Source of the DNA: an uncultured delta proteobacterium | Lineage (GTDB): Bacteria > Myxococcota > Myxococcia > Myxococcales > Myxococcaceae | DNA length: 64,000 nt | Direction of reading: 5' to 3' | Assembly: GCA_963776345.1 (NCBI GenBank) | Contig: CAVZMH010000016.1 | Coordinates: 736,001-800,000, forward strand | Part shown: positions 41,599 through 50,592 of the stretch, piece after piece | How positions within the stretch are numbered: position 1 is the first letter of the stretch | How the letters are laid out: the number at the start of each line of letters is the position of its first letter | Translations under genes and position numbers: made by a program | The notes under the pieces: generated by a model | Database searches by the model: none | Told to the model about the DNA's origin: nothing | Seen by the model: the letters and a program-made list of their open reading frames with translations, nothing else

Positions 41599-42600
41599 CT
41601 AGCCCAGCCCGGTGGCCAGCGCCGCTCCGGGAATCACCCCCCGCTCGGTCACCAGCGAGGTGACCAGCGCGGCGGGGGTCACGTCGAACGCCGGGTTGAA
41701 GACCGGCGCGTCCAGCGGCGCCCAGCGGACGCCGCGCGCCCCGCGCACCTCCTCCGCCGCGCGCTGCTCGATGGGGATGGCGTCACCGGAGGGGCAGTCG
41801 AGGTCCACCGTGGACCAGGGCGCCACCGGATGGAACGGCACCCCGTGCGCGCGCGCCAGCACGGCGAGCCCGTAGGTCCCGATCTTGTTGGCGAAGTCTC
41901 CGTTCCGCGCCACCCGGTCCGCGCCGACCAGCACCCGGCTCACCTTCCCGGCGCGGAAGAGCGTCGCGGCCATGCCATCGGTGACCAGCGTGTAGGGGAC
42001 GCCGAGCCGCCCGAGCTCCCAGGCGGTGAGTCGCGCGCCCTGGAGGAGCGGCCGCGTCTCGTCCACCCAGACATGGATCTCGAGGCCGCGGGCGTGGGCC
42101 CGGTGGATGACGCCCACCGCGGTGCCGATGCCGGCGGTGGCCAGCGCGCCCGCGTTGCAGTGGGTGAGGAGCTGCTCCCCGGGCTGCACCAGATCCGCGC
42201 CGAGCTCGCCGATGCGCGCGCACGCCGCGACGTCCTGGTCGTGGATGGCCTCGGCCTCGCGGACGAGATCGGCCGCGCTCCCGCCGGCGTCGAGCACGCC
42301 TCGCAGGCGGTCCATCGCCGATGCCAGGTTGACCGCGGTGGGCCGGGCCTCCCGCAGCCGGGCGACGGCGGCCCGGAGCGCTGCCCCGGCCGCGCCCCGC
42401 TCGGCGGCGGCGGCGATGCTCAGGGCCGCGGCCACCCCGATGAGCGGCGCGCCCCGGACCGACAGCCGCTGGAGGTGGCCGATCATCGCCTCGGGGTCGG
42501 TCCCGTCGAGCCAGACCTCCGCGTCGGGGAGGCGCGTCTGGTCCAGGACCTCGAAGCGCCTGCCCTCGGCCCGCAGCGCCACCCCGTCGATGCGCTTCAC
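41599..42600 (-). CDS. mtnA: S-methyl-5-thioribose-1-phosphate isomerase
   Basis: LDQTRLP, VRGAPLIG, RPTAVNL, THCNAG, ETRPLLQGARLT, NKIGT, NPAFDVTP. Confidence 0.95.
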   Translation of the reverse strand: MKRIDGVALRAEGRRFEVLDQTRLPDAEVWLDGTDPEAMIGHLQRLSVRGAPLIGVAAALSIAAAAERGAAGAALRAAVARLREARPTAVNLASAMDRLRGVLDAGGSAADLVREAEAIHDQDVAACARIGELGADLVQPGEQLLTHCNAGALATAGIGTAVGVIHRAHARGLEIHVWVDETRPLLQGARLTAWELGRLGVPYTLVTDGMAATLFRAGKVSRVLVGADRVARNGDFANKIGTYGLAVLARAHGVPFHPVAPWSTVDLDCPSGDAIPIEQRAAEEVRGARGVRWAPLDAPVFNPAFDVTPAALVTSLVTERGVIPGAALATGLG

Positions 42601-43244
42601 AGGAGCCTCGGACCGAGGCGCGCCTTCAGCGCCCGGAGCGCCTCGAGCTCGGCGGGGGGGAGCGGGGTCGCTCCACCGAGCTCCTCGGCGGCCTTGAGGA
42701 TCAGCGCGCTGTGCTCCACCCGCTCGATGCCGTTGACCGCCTCCTCCATCGACTCGCCCCAGGCGAGCGCCCCGTGGCGGGAGAGGAGCAGCAGCCGGTG
42801 GGCGGGCAGGAACGGGAGGAGCGCCGTCCCCATCTCCTCGGTGCCGGGCCGGGCGTAGGGAACGATGGGCACCCGGCCGGCGGCGAGGAGCAGCTCGGGG
42901 AGCGCGTCGGTCGGCAGCTCGGTCAGCTCGGGCCGGGCCAGCGTCCAGGCGATGGCGGTCGGCGGGTGGGCGTGGACGATGACCCGCGCCTCCGGGCACG
43001 CCCGGTACACCGCGAGGTGCATCGCCCGCTCCGTCGAGGGGTGGCCGTCGAGGATGCGCCCGTCGAGCGTCACCCGGGCCAGCGAGCCGGGCCGGAGCCG
43101 CGCCTTGTTCACCCCGGCGGGGGTGAGGACGACGGTGTCGTCGGGGAGCCGCACGCTGACGTTGCCGTCGGCGGCGGCGAGCATCCCCCGCGCGTGCAGG
43201 TGCGCACAGGCGTCGCGGATCTCCTCGAAGTGGGGCTCGGGCAT
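42597..43244 (-). CDS. Class II aldolase/adducin family protein
   Basis: DGNVSVR, PSTE..H, VHAHP, LLSRHG. Confidence 0.9.
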   Translation of the reverse strand: MPEPHFEEIRDACAHLHARGMLAAADGNVSVRLPDDTVVLTPAGVNKARLRPGSLARVTLDGRILDGHPSTERAMHLAVYRACPEARVIVHAHPPTAIAWTLARPELTELPTDALPELLLAAGRVPIVPYARPGTEEMGTALLPFLPAHRLLLLSRHGALAWGESMEEAVNGIERVEHSALILKAAEELGGATPLPPAELEALRALKARLGPRLL

Positions 43245-43245
43245 C

Positions 43246-44199
43246 TCAGCGCAGCTCCTCGGGCCCGGAGTGGAGCGCCCAGGCCGTCGACAGGTCCTGC
43301 ACCACGTGCCCCAGCGACTTGTAGACGGTGATCTCCTCGGCGGTCCGGCGGCCCGGAACGTCGCCCGACAGCACCTGGCCGATCTCGGCGACCAGGTGGT
43401 CGTCGCCGATCAGCCCCGCCTCCCTGGCCTTCACGAACTCCGCGCCCTGTCGCAGGCACCCTTCCCGGCTGTCGGCGATGAAGCGCGAGGCCGCGACCAG
43501 CGCGCCGTCCACCTCGACCGGCCCGAGGTAGCCCGAGCCGACCAGGTTGAGGTGCGTCCCGGGCCGGACCCACTTCCCGAGCAGGATGGGCTCGGAGGCG
43601 GCGCTGACGGTGCAGATGATGTCGGCCTCCGCCACCGCCTCCGGCACCGAGCGGGCCGCGCCGACCCGGATGCCGAGCTCGCGCTCGGTGCGCCGCGCGA
43701 ACTCGAGCGCGCGCTCCGGCGAGCGTCCCCAGACGGTGACCGACTCCAGCCGCCGCACCTCGCGGATGGCCCGCACGTGCGTGGAGGCCTGCTCGCCGTA
43801 CCCGAGGATCGCCAGGCGCCGGGCGTCGGGACGGGCCAGGGCATCGGTGGCCACCGCGCTCGCGGCCGCGGTCCGGATGGCGGTGATCTCCCCGGCGTGG
43901 ACCACGCAGACCGGCGCGCCCGAGCCGGGCTCGAAGAGCACCACCAGACCCTGGTGGGAGGGCTTCCCCTTCGCGAAGTTCTCCTGGAACACGCTGATCA
44001 GCTTGGACCCGAACACGGCCTGCGCGCCCATGGCCCCGGTCATCACCCCGTAGAGCCGGCCGTCGGAGAGCGGGAGGATGGAGCGCAGCAGCTGCCGCGT
44101 CTCGCCGCGGGAGAGGACGATCATCGCCTCGCGCACGATCCGGATCGCCGCGGGATAGGTCAGCCGGCGGGCGACCTCCTCCCGATCGATGAACCGCAT
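43246..44199 (-). CDS. Ornithine cyclodeaminase/mu-crystallin family protein
   Basis: KLISVF, ITAIRTAAAS, ILGYGEQA, GTHLNLVGS, YKSLG..QDL. Confidence 0.9.
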   Translation of the reverse strand: MRFIDREEVARRLTYPAAIRIVREAMIVLSRGETRQLLRSILPLSDGRLYGVMTGAMGAQAVFGSKLISVFQENFAKGKPSHQGLVVLFEPGSGAPVCVVHAGEITAIRTAAASAVATDALARPDARRLAILGYGEQASTHVRAIREVRRLESVTVWGRSPERALEFARRTERELGIRVGAARSVPEAVAEADIICTVSAASEPILLGKWVRPGTHLNLVGSGYLGPVEVDGALVAASRFIADSREGCLRQGAEFVKAREAGLIGDDHLVAEIGQVLSGDVPGRRTAEEITVYKSLGHVVQDLSTAWALHSGPEELR

Positions 44200-44290
44200 C
44201 CGCCGCCTCCCGGGGCCGACCGAGCTTCCCTGCGCCCGAGGACACCGTGCCACGGCCGCGCCTCGCAGGACAACGCCTCGGTTGACCCGG

Positions 44291-44980
44291 CTACTCGATC
44301 ACGTCGTTGACGTCGTTCCTCGGGGTCCCCGCGGGGAGGCTCCTCCCGTCCGGCTGCGACCGATCCTCGCTGGAGACGGTCCACACGTCGACGGTGGGGT
44401 CGTTGTCGATGTTCCCCACGCACGCAGCGAGGAACGCATCCCCGTTCACCCCGAGGGCCAGTGACTGCGCACGGGCCTCGGCCACCGGATCGAAACCGGC
44501 AGGGAGCACATAGCGGGCATCGATCGGCAGCACCGCGCTCTCGGAGAGCAGATAGGCGTACCGGTTGCCGGCGGGGACCACGAACTCGAGCTCCGAAAAG
44601 GTCCCTGCGTAGCGGCCGTGCCCGGCGCGGTAGCCCTCCTCCGCCTTCCAGAGCGCCCGGAGATTCACCCTGCACTCGTTCTGCTTGGCACGCGCCTGGT
44701 AGCGAATGAAGTTGGGGATGGCGATCGCTGCCAGCATCCCCAGCTGGAAGGGGAGGATCCCCACCGCGACCACGATCGCCGCGATCGCCCGCCCACGGCC
44801 CGGGAGCTGCGGCTCACGCCGGATCCGGAGGAGCGCCACGATCCCGAGGATCGCCCCCGCCACGGAGCTGAAGCAGATGCAAAGGCCTCCGATGCTCAGC
44901 GCCAGAGCGATGGTCGGAAGAGGGTAGGCAGGCCGCTGCACCGTCTCGCCGGGTCGCACGGCGGGCGAGCTTCGACCCAT
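44291..44980 (-). CDS. DUF4190 domain fused to a type IV pilin-like domain
   Basis: GAILGIVALLRIRR..GRGRAIAAI (DUF4190), then GMLAAIAIPNFIRYQARAKQNECRVNL and GNIDNDPTVDVW. Confidence 0.8.
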   Translation of the reverse strand: MGRSSPAVRPGETVQRPAYPLPTIALALSIGGLCICFSSVAGAILGIVALLRIRREPQLPGRGRAIAAIVVAVGILPFQLGMLAAIAIPNFIRYQARAKQNECRVNLRALWKAEEGYRAGHGRYAGTFSELEFVVPAGNRYAYLLSESAVLPIDARYVLPAGFDPVAEARAQSLALGVNGDAFLAACVGNIDNDPTVDVWTVSSEDRSQPDGRSLPAGTPRNDVNDVIE

Positions 44981-45147
44981 CGATGGGGACCGGCAAGCGG
45001 TTTGATCAGCCGTCCCCGACCGCCGCGCTCAGCGGACGACGACCGCGCAGGCGATGCGGTCACCGGTGTCGCCCGACGGCTGGGTGTGGGTCGTCCGCCC
45101 GGGTGAGCGCCTTGAAACCCTGCAAGAATGCTCCCCTGGCCGAAGCG

Positions 45148-46938
45148 ATGAGCACCCCCCAGGCGATCGCCCGCACCATCCTCGACGGCTTCGAGAAGCG
45201 CTGGGCGCAGTTCCGGGCGCTGAGCGCCGCGGCAAAGGACCGCTTCGAGAAGGCGGACTGGGCGGGCGCGCATGCGCTGAGCCGGCTGGGCATCGGGACC
45301 TACGACGAGCGGGTCCACGAGTCGGTGGAGTCGGTGCTGCGTCTCTACCCGGACGCCCGCACCGACGAGACGCTCTGGCCGCAGGTGAAGCAGGCCTACA
45401 TCGCGCTGCTCTACGACCACAAGCGCCCGGAGTGCGCGGAGACGTTCTACAACTCCGTCGCCTGCCGGGTGCTCGACCGCACCTACTACCGGAACGAGTA
45501 CATCTTCTGGCGCCAGGCGGTGGCCACCGAGTTCATCGACGCGGACGACGTGACCTGGCGGTGCTGGTACCCCACGTCCGGGACCCTGCTCTCCACCTTC
45601 GGCGCCATCGCCCGGAGCCTCGGCCTCTCGGTGCCCTTCGAGGACCTGCGCCGCGACCTTCGCCAGGTGCTGCTCGCGTTCCGGGAGCACCTACCCGGGA
45701 CGCGGGAGCGTCAGCTCAACTTCCAGGTTCAGGTGCTCTCCTCGCTCTTCTTCCGCGACAAGGGCGCGTACGTCGTCGGGCGCATCCTCAACGGCAACCA
45801 GCAGACGCCGTTCGTCGCTTGCCTGCGGCACTCGCCTTCGGGCTGCGGCCTGCAGGTCGACGCGCTCCTGCTCAAGGGCGAGCACCTGGCGGCGCTGTTC
45901 AGCCTCTCGCGCGCCTACTTCATCCTCGACATGGACGTGCCGTCCGAGTTCGTCGCCTTCCTCAACCAGCTGATGCCCGGGAAGTCGAAGGCCGAGCTGT
46001 ACACCTCGGTGGGGCTGCAGAAGCAGGGCAAGACGCTCTTCTACCGGGACCTCCACTCGAGCCTGAAGCACTCCACCGACGCGTTCGTGCTCGCCCCGGG
46101 CGTCCGGGGGATGGTGATGATGGTGTTCACCCTCCCCTCGTTCCCGTGGGTGTTCAAGGTGATTCGGGACGAGTTCCCTCCCCCGAAACAGGTCACCCGC
46201 GAGGAGGTACGCGCCAAGTACCTGCTGGTGAAGTACCACGACCGCGTGGGGCGGCTCCCGGACGCCCTCGAGTACTCCGACGTGCTGTTCCCCGCCGGGC
46301 GAATGCACCCGGAGGTGGTGCAGGAGCTCGAGCGCTCGTGCGCGCGCAGCGTGGAACGGGAGGGGGACCGGCTGGTGGTGAAGCACCTCTACGTCGAGCG
46401 GCGCATGACCCCGCTGGACCTGTGGCTCCGGCACGCTGACGAGGCGCAGCAGCGGCACGCGGTCCACGAGTTCGGGCAGGCGATCCGCGACCTCGCCGAG
46501 GCCAACATCTTTGCTGGCGATCTCCTGCTCAAGAACTTCGGCATCACGGGCCGCGGCCGGGTGGTCTTCTACGACTACGACGAGATCTCGCTGCTGACCG
46601 AGGTGAACTTCCGGCGGCTGCCGAGCGCGCGCGACGAGGCGGAGGAGTCCGCTGCCGAGCCCTGGTTTCACGTGGGCGCGCGCGACGTGTTCCCCGAGGA
46701 GTTGATCCGTTTCCTCTTCCCGCCGGGACGGCTGCGCGAGCTCTTCGTGGAGATGCACGGCGACCTGCTCGACCCCGCGTGGTGGATCGCGCGCCAGGAG
46801 GAGATCCGCTCGGGGAAGCAGCCGGACTTCGTCCCCTACCCGGACGAGGTGCGGCTGGGGCGGCTCCCGGGATGGCGTTCCGGCGCCGCGGGCCTCGGTG
46901 CGAGTCGACGGCGAGCCGGGCTCGCTACTTCGGGGTGA
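45148..46938 (+). CDS. aceK: Isocitrate dehydrogenase kinase/phosphatase
   Basis: AETFYNS, QKQGKT, APGVRGMVM, FKVIRD, HDRVGR, NIFAGDLLLKNFG, VFYDYDE. Confidence 0.96.
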   Translation: MSTPQAIARTILDGFEKRWAQFRALSAAAKDRFEKADWAGAHALSRLGIGTYDERVHESVESVLRLYPDARTDETLWPQVKQAYIALLYDHKRPECAETFYNSVACRVLDRTYYRNEYIFWRQAVATEFIDADDVTWRCWYPTSGTLLSTFGAIARSLGLSVPFEDLRRDLRQVLLAFREHLPGTRERQLNFQVQVLSSLFFRDKGAYVVGRILNGNQQTPFVACLRHSPSGCGLQVDALLLKGEHLAALFSLSRAYFILDMDVPSEFVAFLNQLMPGKSKAELYTSVGLQKQGKTLFYRDLHSSLKHSTDAFVLAPGVRGMVMMVFTLPSFPWVFKVIRDEFPPPKQVTREEVRAKYLLVKYHDRVGRLPDALEYSDVLFPAGRMHPEVVQELERSCARSVEREGDRLVVKHLYVERRMTPLDLWLRHADEAQQRHAVHEFGQAIRDLAEANIFAGDLLLKNFGITGRGRVVFYDYDEISLLTEVNFRRLPSARDEAEESAAEPWFHVGARDVFPEELIRFLFPPGRLRELFVEMHGDLLDPAWWIARQEEIRSGKQPDFVPYPDEVRLGRLPGWRSGAAGLGASRRRAGLATSG

Positions 46939-47179
46939 ACGTCGCCTCCGGGCAGCTCGAGGTGCACTTGCCCGCGGTGATGTCCGAGCAGCTCGAGCCG
47001 TTGAGGCACTGGGCGCAGGTGCTGTCCGGGCCGCCGCAGCTCGCGTCGCACGAGAAGCCCGAAGAGTTCAGGCTGCACGTCTGGAGCTTGTCGCAGGCGT
47101 CCTTGCAGCTCGCGCTGGTCCCGCAGCCGGCCAGCGCCATGCTGAGTGCCGCGAGGCACCCCATCCACCGTCTCTTCAT
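46925..47179 (-). CDS. Small Cys-rich lipoprotein
   Basis: MKRRWMGCLAALSMALAGC lipobox plus 10 further Cys; GGAGAG RBS. Confidence 0.8.
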   Translation of the reverse strand: MKRRWMGCLAALSMALAGCGTSASCKDACDKLQTCSLNSSGFSCDASCGGPDSTCAQCLNGSSCSDITAGKCTSSCPEATFTPK

Positions 47180-47400
47180 CTGTCTCTCCCCGTTCGTCGA
47201 CGCGGGGCTCCGGTGACAACCGGCCATCGCCCGCTCTTCGAAGTAGACCCGGCGATGCTGACGCGTTGCATCCCCACCTCGCCCCACCCGCCGCAGCGCG
47301 CCGGCGCCACGAGGCGGAATCGACCCACTGACGGTGCGATTGCACCGGTGGCAAGCTCCGCCGACCGTCGCCTTTCGGATGACGTGTGGGGGTCTCTTGC

Positions 47401-47976
47401 ATGAAGACGACGCTTGCCTCGGCAGTGCTCGCACTCGCTCTGGTTCACGGCTCCACGGCGCTCGCCCACGATCGTGACGATCTCCGGTCGGGCCCGTTCT
47501 TCGTCACCGTCGACGGGGTCACCGGCGAGTCGAAGATCAAGGGCCACGAGGGTCAGATCGAGGGCTACAACTTCTCGGAGACCTGGCGAAACACGGTCAC
47601 CACCGGCACCGGGGGCGGCGGCGGCGCGGGGAAGCCCACGCTGGGGCCGGTGGTCTTCAACAAGGCCCAGGGAGCGGCCAGCATCAAGCTCCTCAAGGCC
47701 CTGCTGACGGGCGAGCACATCAAGAAGGTGGTCATCGAGTTCTTCGACCAGGCCCAGGACGGCAAGAGCGTGGTCACCTACCGAATCACGCTCCAGGAAG
47801 TCTTCGTGGTGGGTCTCAGCGAGAAGAGCGCCGGCGCGGGTCTGGTCGACGAGGTCCAGCTCATGTTCGAGTCCGCAAAGTGGGAGGTCTTCGACCCGGC
47901 GGACTCGGTCACCTTCGACGGCAAGACCAACAAGGTGAACGCCACCGCGCCCACGGGCGGGCGCAGCACCCGGTGA
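47401..47976 (+). CDS. Hcp/TssD-like tube protein with an N-terminal signal peptide
   Basis: Leader MKTTLASAVLALALVHGSTALA, then Hcp hallmarks GES..KGHEGQI, GGGGGAGK, FNK..AS.KLL..L.GEHIKKV, YRITLQEVFV. Confidence 0.85.
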   Translation: MKTTLASAVLALALVHGSTALAHDRDDLRSGPFFVTVDGVTGESKIKGHEGQIEGYNFSETWRNTVTTGTGGGGGAGKPTLGPVVFNKAQGAASIKLLKALLTGEHIKKVVIEFFDQAQDGKSVVTYRITLQEVFVVGLSEKSAGAGLVDEVQLMFESAKWEVFDPADSVTFDGKTNKVNATAPTGGRSTR

Positions 47977-47977
47977 C

Positions 47978-48526
47978 ATGGTCCGCGGCCTGAGCGTGGG
48001 GCGCAGCTCCCTCCCGGCGCTGGTCGGGGCCGTGGCGCTCGCCCTCGCCTGTGGCTCGGGGACCGACGGGACCTCGCCGTCGGCGTCTCCGACGACGGCT
48101 GACCCCGGGTCCGGCGGGGACACGCCGCCCGGCGCCCAGGCCGAGGCGCCCGGGCCATGGGCCCCGAGCCGCGCCCTGGCGCTGGACCGGTTCGCGCTCG
48201 AGACCGCGCTGCAGTCGGCGCTGCAGGAGCCAGTCGGAGCCGAGCTGAGCGAGTCCACGGTGTGGACGCTGACCGGGGAGAGCGTCGAGCTCCGGCTCGA
48301 GGTCCGCACCTGGTTCTCGGGAGCGGAGGCGGAGGCAGCCTGCCGTGCAGCGGCGGGCGACGGGGCCGCGAGCTCGCTCTCACTCGGCACGCCAACCTGG
48401 GCCACCCAGGAAGCGGTCCACGTCACCCTCGGCGACGCGTGCGTGAAGGTGAGCGTGGTGCGCGGGCCCAATCAGGACGTGGCCGGCGCAACGGCCATCG
48501 CGGCCGCTCTGTTCGAGGCACGGTAG
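47978..48526 (+). CDS. Hypothetical lipoprotein co-transcribed with the hcp-like gene
   Basis: Starts 1 nt after the hcp-like stop; LALAC lipobox, S/T/P/G linker, small two-Cys domain. Confidence 0.7.
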   Translation: MVRGLSVGRSSLPALVGAVALALACGSGTDGTSPSASPTTADPGSGGDTPPGAQAEAPGPWAPSRALALDRFALETALQSALQEPVGAELSESTVWTLTGESVELRLEVRTWFSGAEAEAACRAAAGDGAASSLSLGTPTWATQEAVHVTLGDACVKVSVVRGPNQDVAGATAIAAALFEAR

Positions 48527-48656
48527 ACCACCACCGCTGACGCGTCGCATCCCCAACCCACCGCGCTCTGCGCCCGACCTCGACACGGGGCGAAGACGGT
48601 CGCCACGACGCTCGTGGCGCCCGGGTAGAGCGACCGCTGCCGGCGACCGCGGGCCG

Positions 48657-49622
48657 CTATCCGCCCGGAGGTGCGCTGGTCGAGGACACCCCGACACCCT
48701 CGACGGGCCGGCCGGCCGGCGCCAGCCTCCGCCCCACGCTGCACTCCGGACGGAGCACGCAGCGGGCGCAGAGCTCGGCCCGGGCCCGCGGCGGACAGGC
48801 GCCGCTCATCCCGTGGTGGCAGAGCACGAAGTCGAAGCGGACCGGATCCGCCGGGTCGATGGCGGCGAGGTTCCGGGTGATGTCCTCGGCCGCCGCCCAC
48901 CCCATCGTCCGACGGCGCACCAGGCCCAGCCGCCACGCCAGCCGCGCGACGTGGGTGTCGAGCGGGACGAGGAGCGCGCTCGCCGGGACCTGCCGCCAGA
49001 TGCCCAGGTCGATGCCGTCCGGCCCCCGCACCATCCACCGGAGGAAGAGGTGGAGTCGCTTCGCCGCGCCCGCCCCCAGCGGCACGGGCAGCAGGTGATC
49101 GAGGCCGCGCGTCTTCCCGAGAGCCCGCTCCACCGCCGCCATGTCGACGTCTCGCAGCTCCCGGACGAAGGCCCCGATCGCCCCGTGCAGCTCGCCACCG
49201 GACGCCTCGCGCGCGGCCACGAACCCGGCCTCGAGCGACCGGCGGCGCTCCAGCATCCGCCCCATGCCCAGGAGGAGCACCGACACGTCCGCGCCGACGT
49301 TGAAGCGGTAGACGAACCCCGAGAGCAGCGCCCGCGCGCCGGACAGGGTCAGCCCGCGGACGAACCGGGCCGGCGAGGGCCCCATCGCCCGGAGGAGCCG
49401 CGTGACTCTTGGCAGGAACAGGTCCGCGCGCCCGTAGGCCAGCGAGGCGGCCAGGAGCGCCGCCACCTCGACGTCGCGCGGGTCCGAGTAGAGGTGCGGG
49501 AGCGAGACCGGATCGAGCGGGAGCCGCCGGCGGGGCGGGGACGTCCGCTCCAGCCGCTCCAGCGCCCGGCGGAGCCGCACGGCCCGCTCGGGGGACAGCT
49601 GATGGGTGCGGCCGCGGCGCAT
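48657..49622 (-). CDS. TIGR02757/DUF2400 family protein
   Basis: DPVSLPH.Y..D.EVAA..LAYG, KRLHLFLRWMVR..DLGIW, PLDTH, DPVRFDF.LCH. Confidence 0.9.
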   Translation of the reverse strand: MRRGRTHQLSPERAVRLRRALERLERTSPPRRRLPLDPVSLPHLYSDPRDVEVAALLAASLAYGRADLFLPRVTRLLRAMGPSPARFVRGLTLSGARALLSGFVYRFNVGADVSVLLLGMGRMLERRRSLEAGFVAAREASGGELHGAIGAFVRELRDVDMAAVERALGKTRGLDHLLPVPLGAGAAKRLHLFLRWMVRGPDGIDLGIWRQVPASALLVPLDTHVARLAWRLGLVRRRTMGWAAAEDITRNLAAIDPADPVRFDFVLCHHGMSGACPPRARAELCARCVLRPECSVGRRLAPAGRPVEGVGVSSTSAPPGG

Positions 49623-49627
49623 GGGGG

Positions 49628-50239
49628 CTACCGGCTCAGCTCGCGCACGGCGTGGCCGAGCTCGGGGAGGATCAGCCGGTCCAGCGCCAGCCGGACCGCG
49701 TTGGGGCTCCCGGGGAGCACGAAGACCAGCGCCCCGCGCACCGTCCCCGCCAGCGCCCGCGACAGCCAGGCCGCGCTGCCGATCTCCTGGAACGACAGCA
49801 TCCGGAACAGCTCGCCGAACCCGGGGATCTCCTTGTCCAGGAGCGGCCGCACCGCCTCCACCGTCTGGTCCCGCCGGGTGATGCCCGTGCCCCCGGTGAT
49901 GAGCACCGCCCGGGCCCCGCCCTCGAGGCCCCGGTCCACCGCGGCCCGGATGGCCTCCGGCTCGTCGCGGACCACCGTCTGGCCCACCACGGTGTGGCCG
50001 GCCGCCTCGAGCCCCTCGCGCAGCGCGCGCCCGCTCACGTCGTCCGCATGCGCCCGGGAATCGGAGCAGGTCAGGACGAAGCAGGCCACGTGCGTGGGCG
50101 CATCGGTGCGATGCTGCCGGGCCGGGCTCTCGCCATGCGCCGGGACGCCGGCCTGGCCCGGATCGGCGGACTTTTCCCCGCCGTGCCCGTGCGAGTGCCC
50201 TCCATGCTGCCCATGCCCGTGCTTGTGGTCGTGCCCCAT
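49628..50239 (-). CDS. moaB: MoaB/MogA molybdenum cofactor biosynthesis protein with His-rich N-terminus
   Basis: TCSDSR..DVSG, TGGTG, PGFGELFR, LSRA, LPGSP. Confidence 0.88.
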   Translation of the reverse strand: MGHDHKHGHGQHGGHSHGHGGEKSADPGQAGVPAHGESPARQHRTDAPTHVACFVLTCSDSRAHADDVSGRALREGLEAAGHTVVGQTVVRDEPEAIRAAVDRGLEGGARAVLITGGTGITRRDQTVEAVRPLLDKEIPGFGELFRMLSFQEIGSAAWLSRALAGTVRGALVFVLPGSPNAVRLALDRLILPELGHAVRELSR

Positions 50240-50241
50240 CC

Positions 50242-50553
50242 TCAGCGCTCCTCCACCTCCAGCATCAGCCGCCCGGCCTCCACCGTCACCCTTGCGGTGG
50301 GCTGGTCGTCGCACACGCCCGGCGAGGTGGCATTGGCCCCGCTGTCGAGGTCGAAACCCACCTCGTGGCACGGGCAGACCACCAGGTTGCCCTCCACCCG
50401 TCCGCCGGAGAGCAGGCATCCTGCATGGTTGCACCAGTCGTCCAGGGCCTTGTACCTGCCGTTGACCCGCGCGACGCAGATCGCGCGCTTCCCCAGGTCG
50501 TACCCCCGCAGCTCCCCGTCCTCCAGGTCTGCCGCTCCAAGCTCGATTCGCAT
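50242..50553 (-). CDS. Rieske 2Fe-2S ferredoxin
   Basis: CNH..CPCH motifs. Confidence 0.9.
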   Translation of the reverse strand: MRIELGAADLEDGELRGYDLGKRAICVARVNGRYKALDDWCNHAGCLLSGGRVEGNLVVCPCHEVGFDLDSGANATSPGVCDDQPTARVTVEAGRLMLEVEER

Positions 50554-50592
50554 CTGTCGGGCCCAGACATTAACAAGAGAGTCTCCGGACAC

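Noticed and set aside
47401..47976. Complete type VI secretion system
   Set aside because: No sheath, baseplate, VgrG or membrane-complex genes are in the window.
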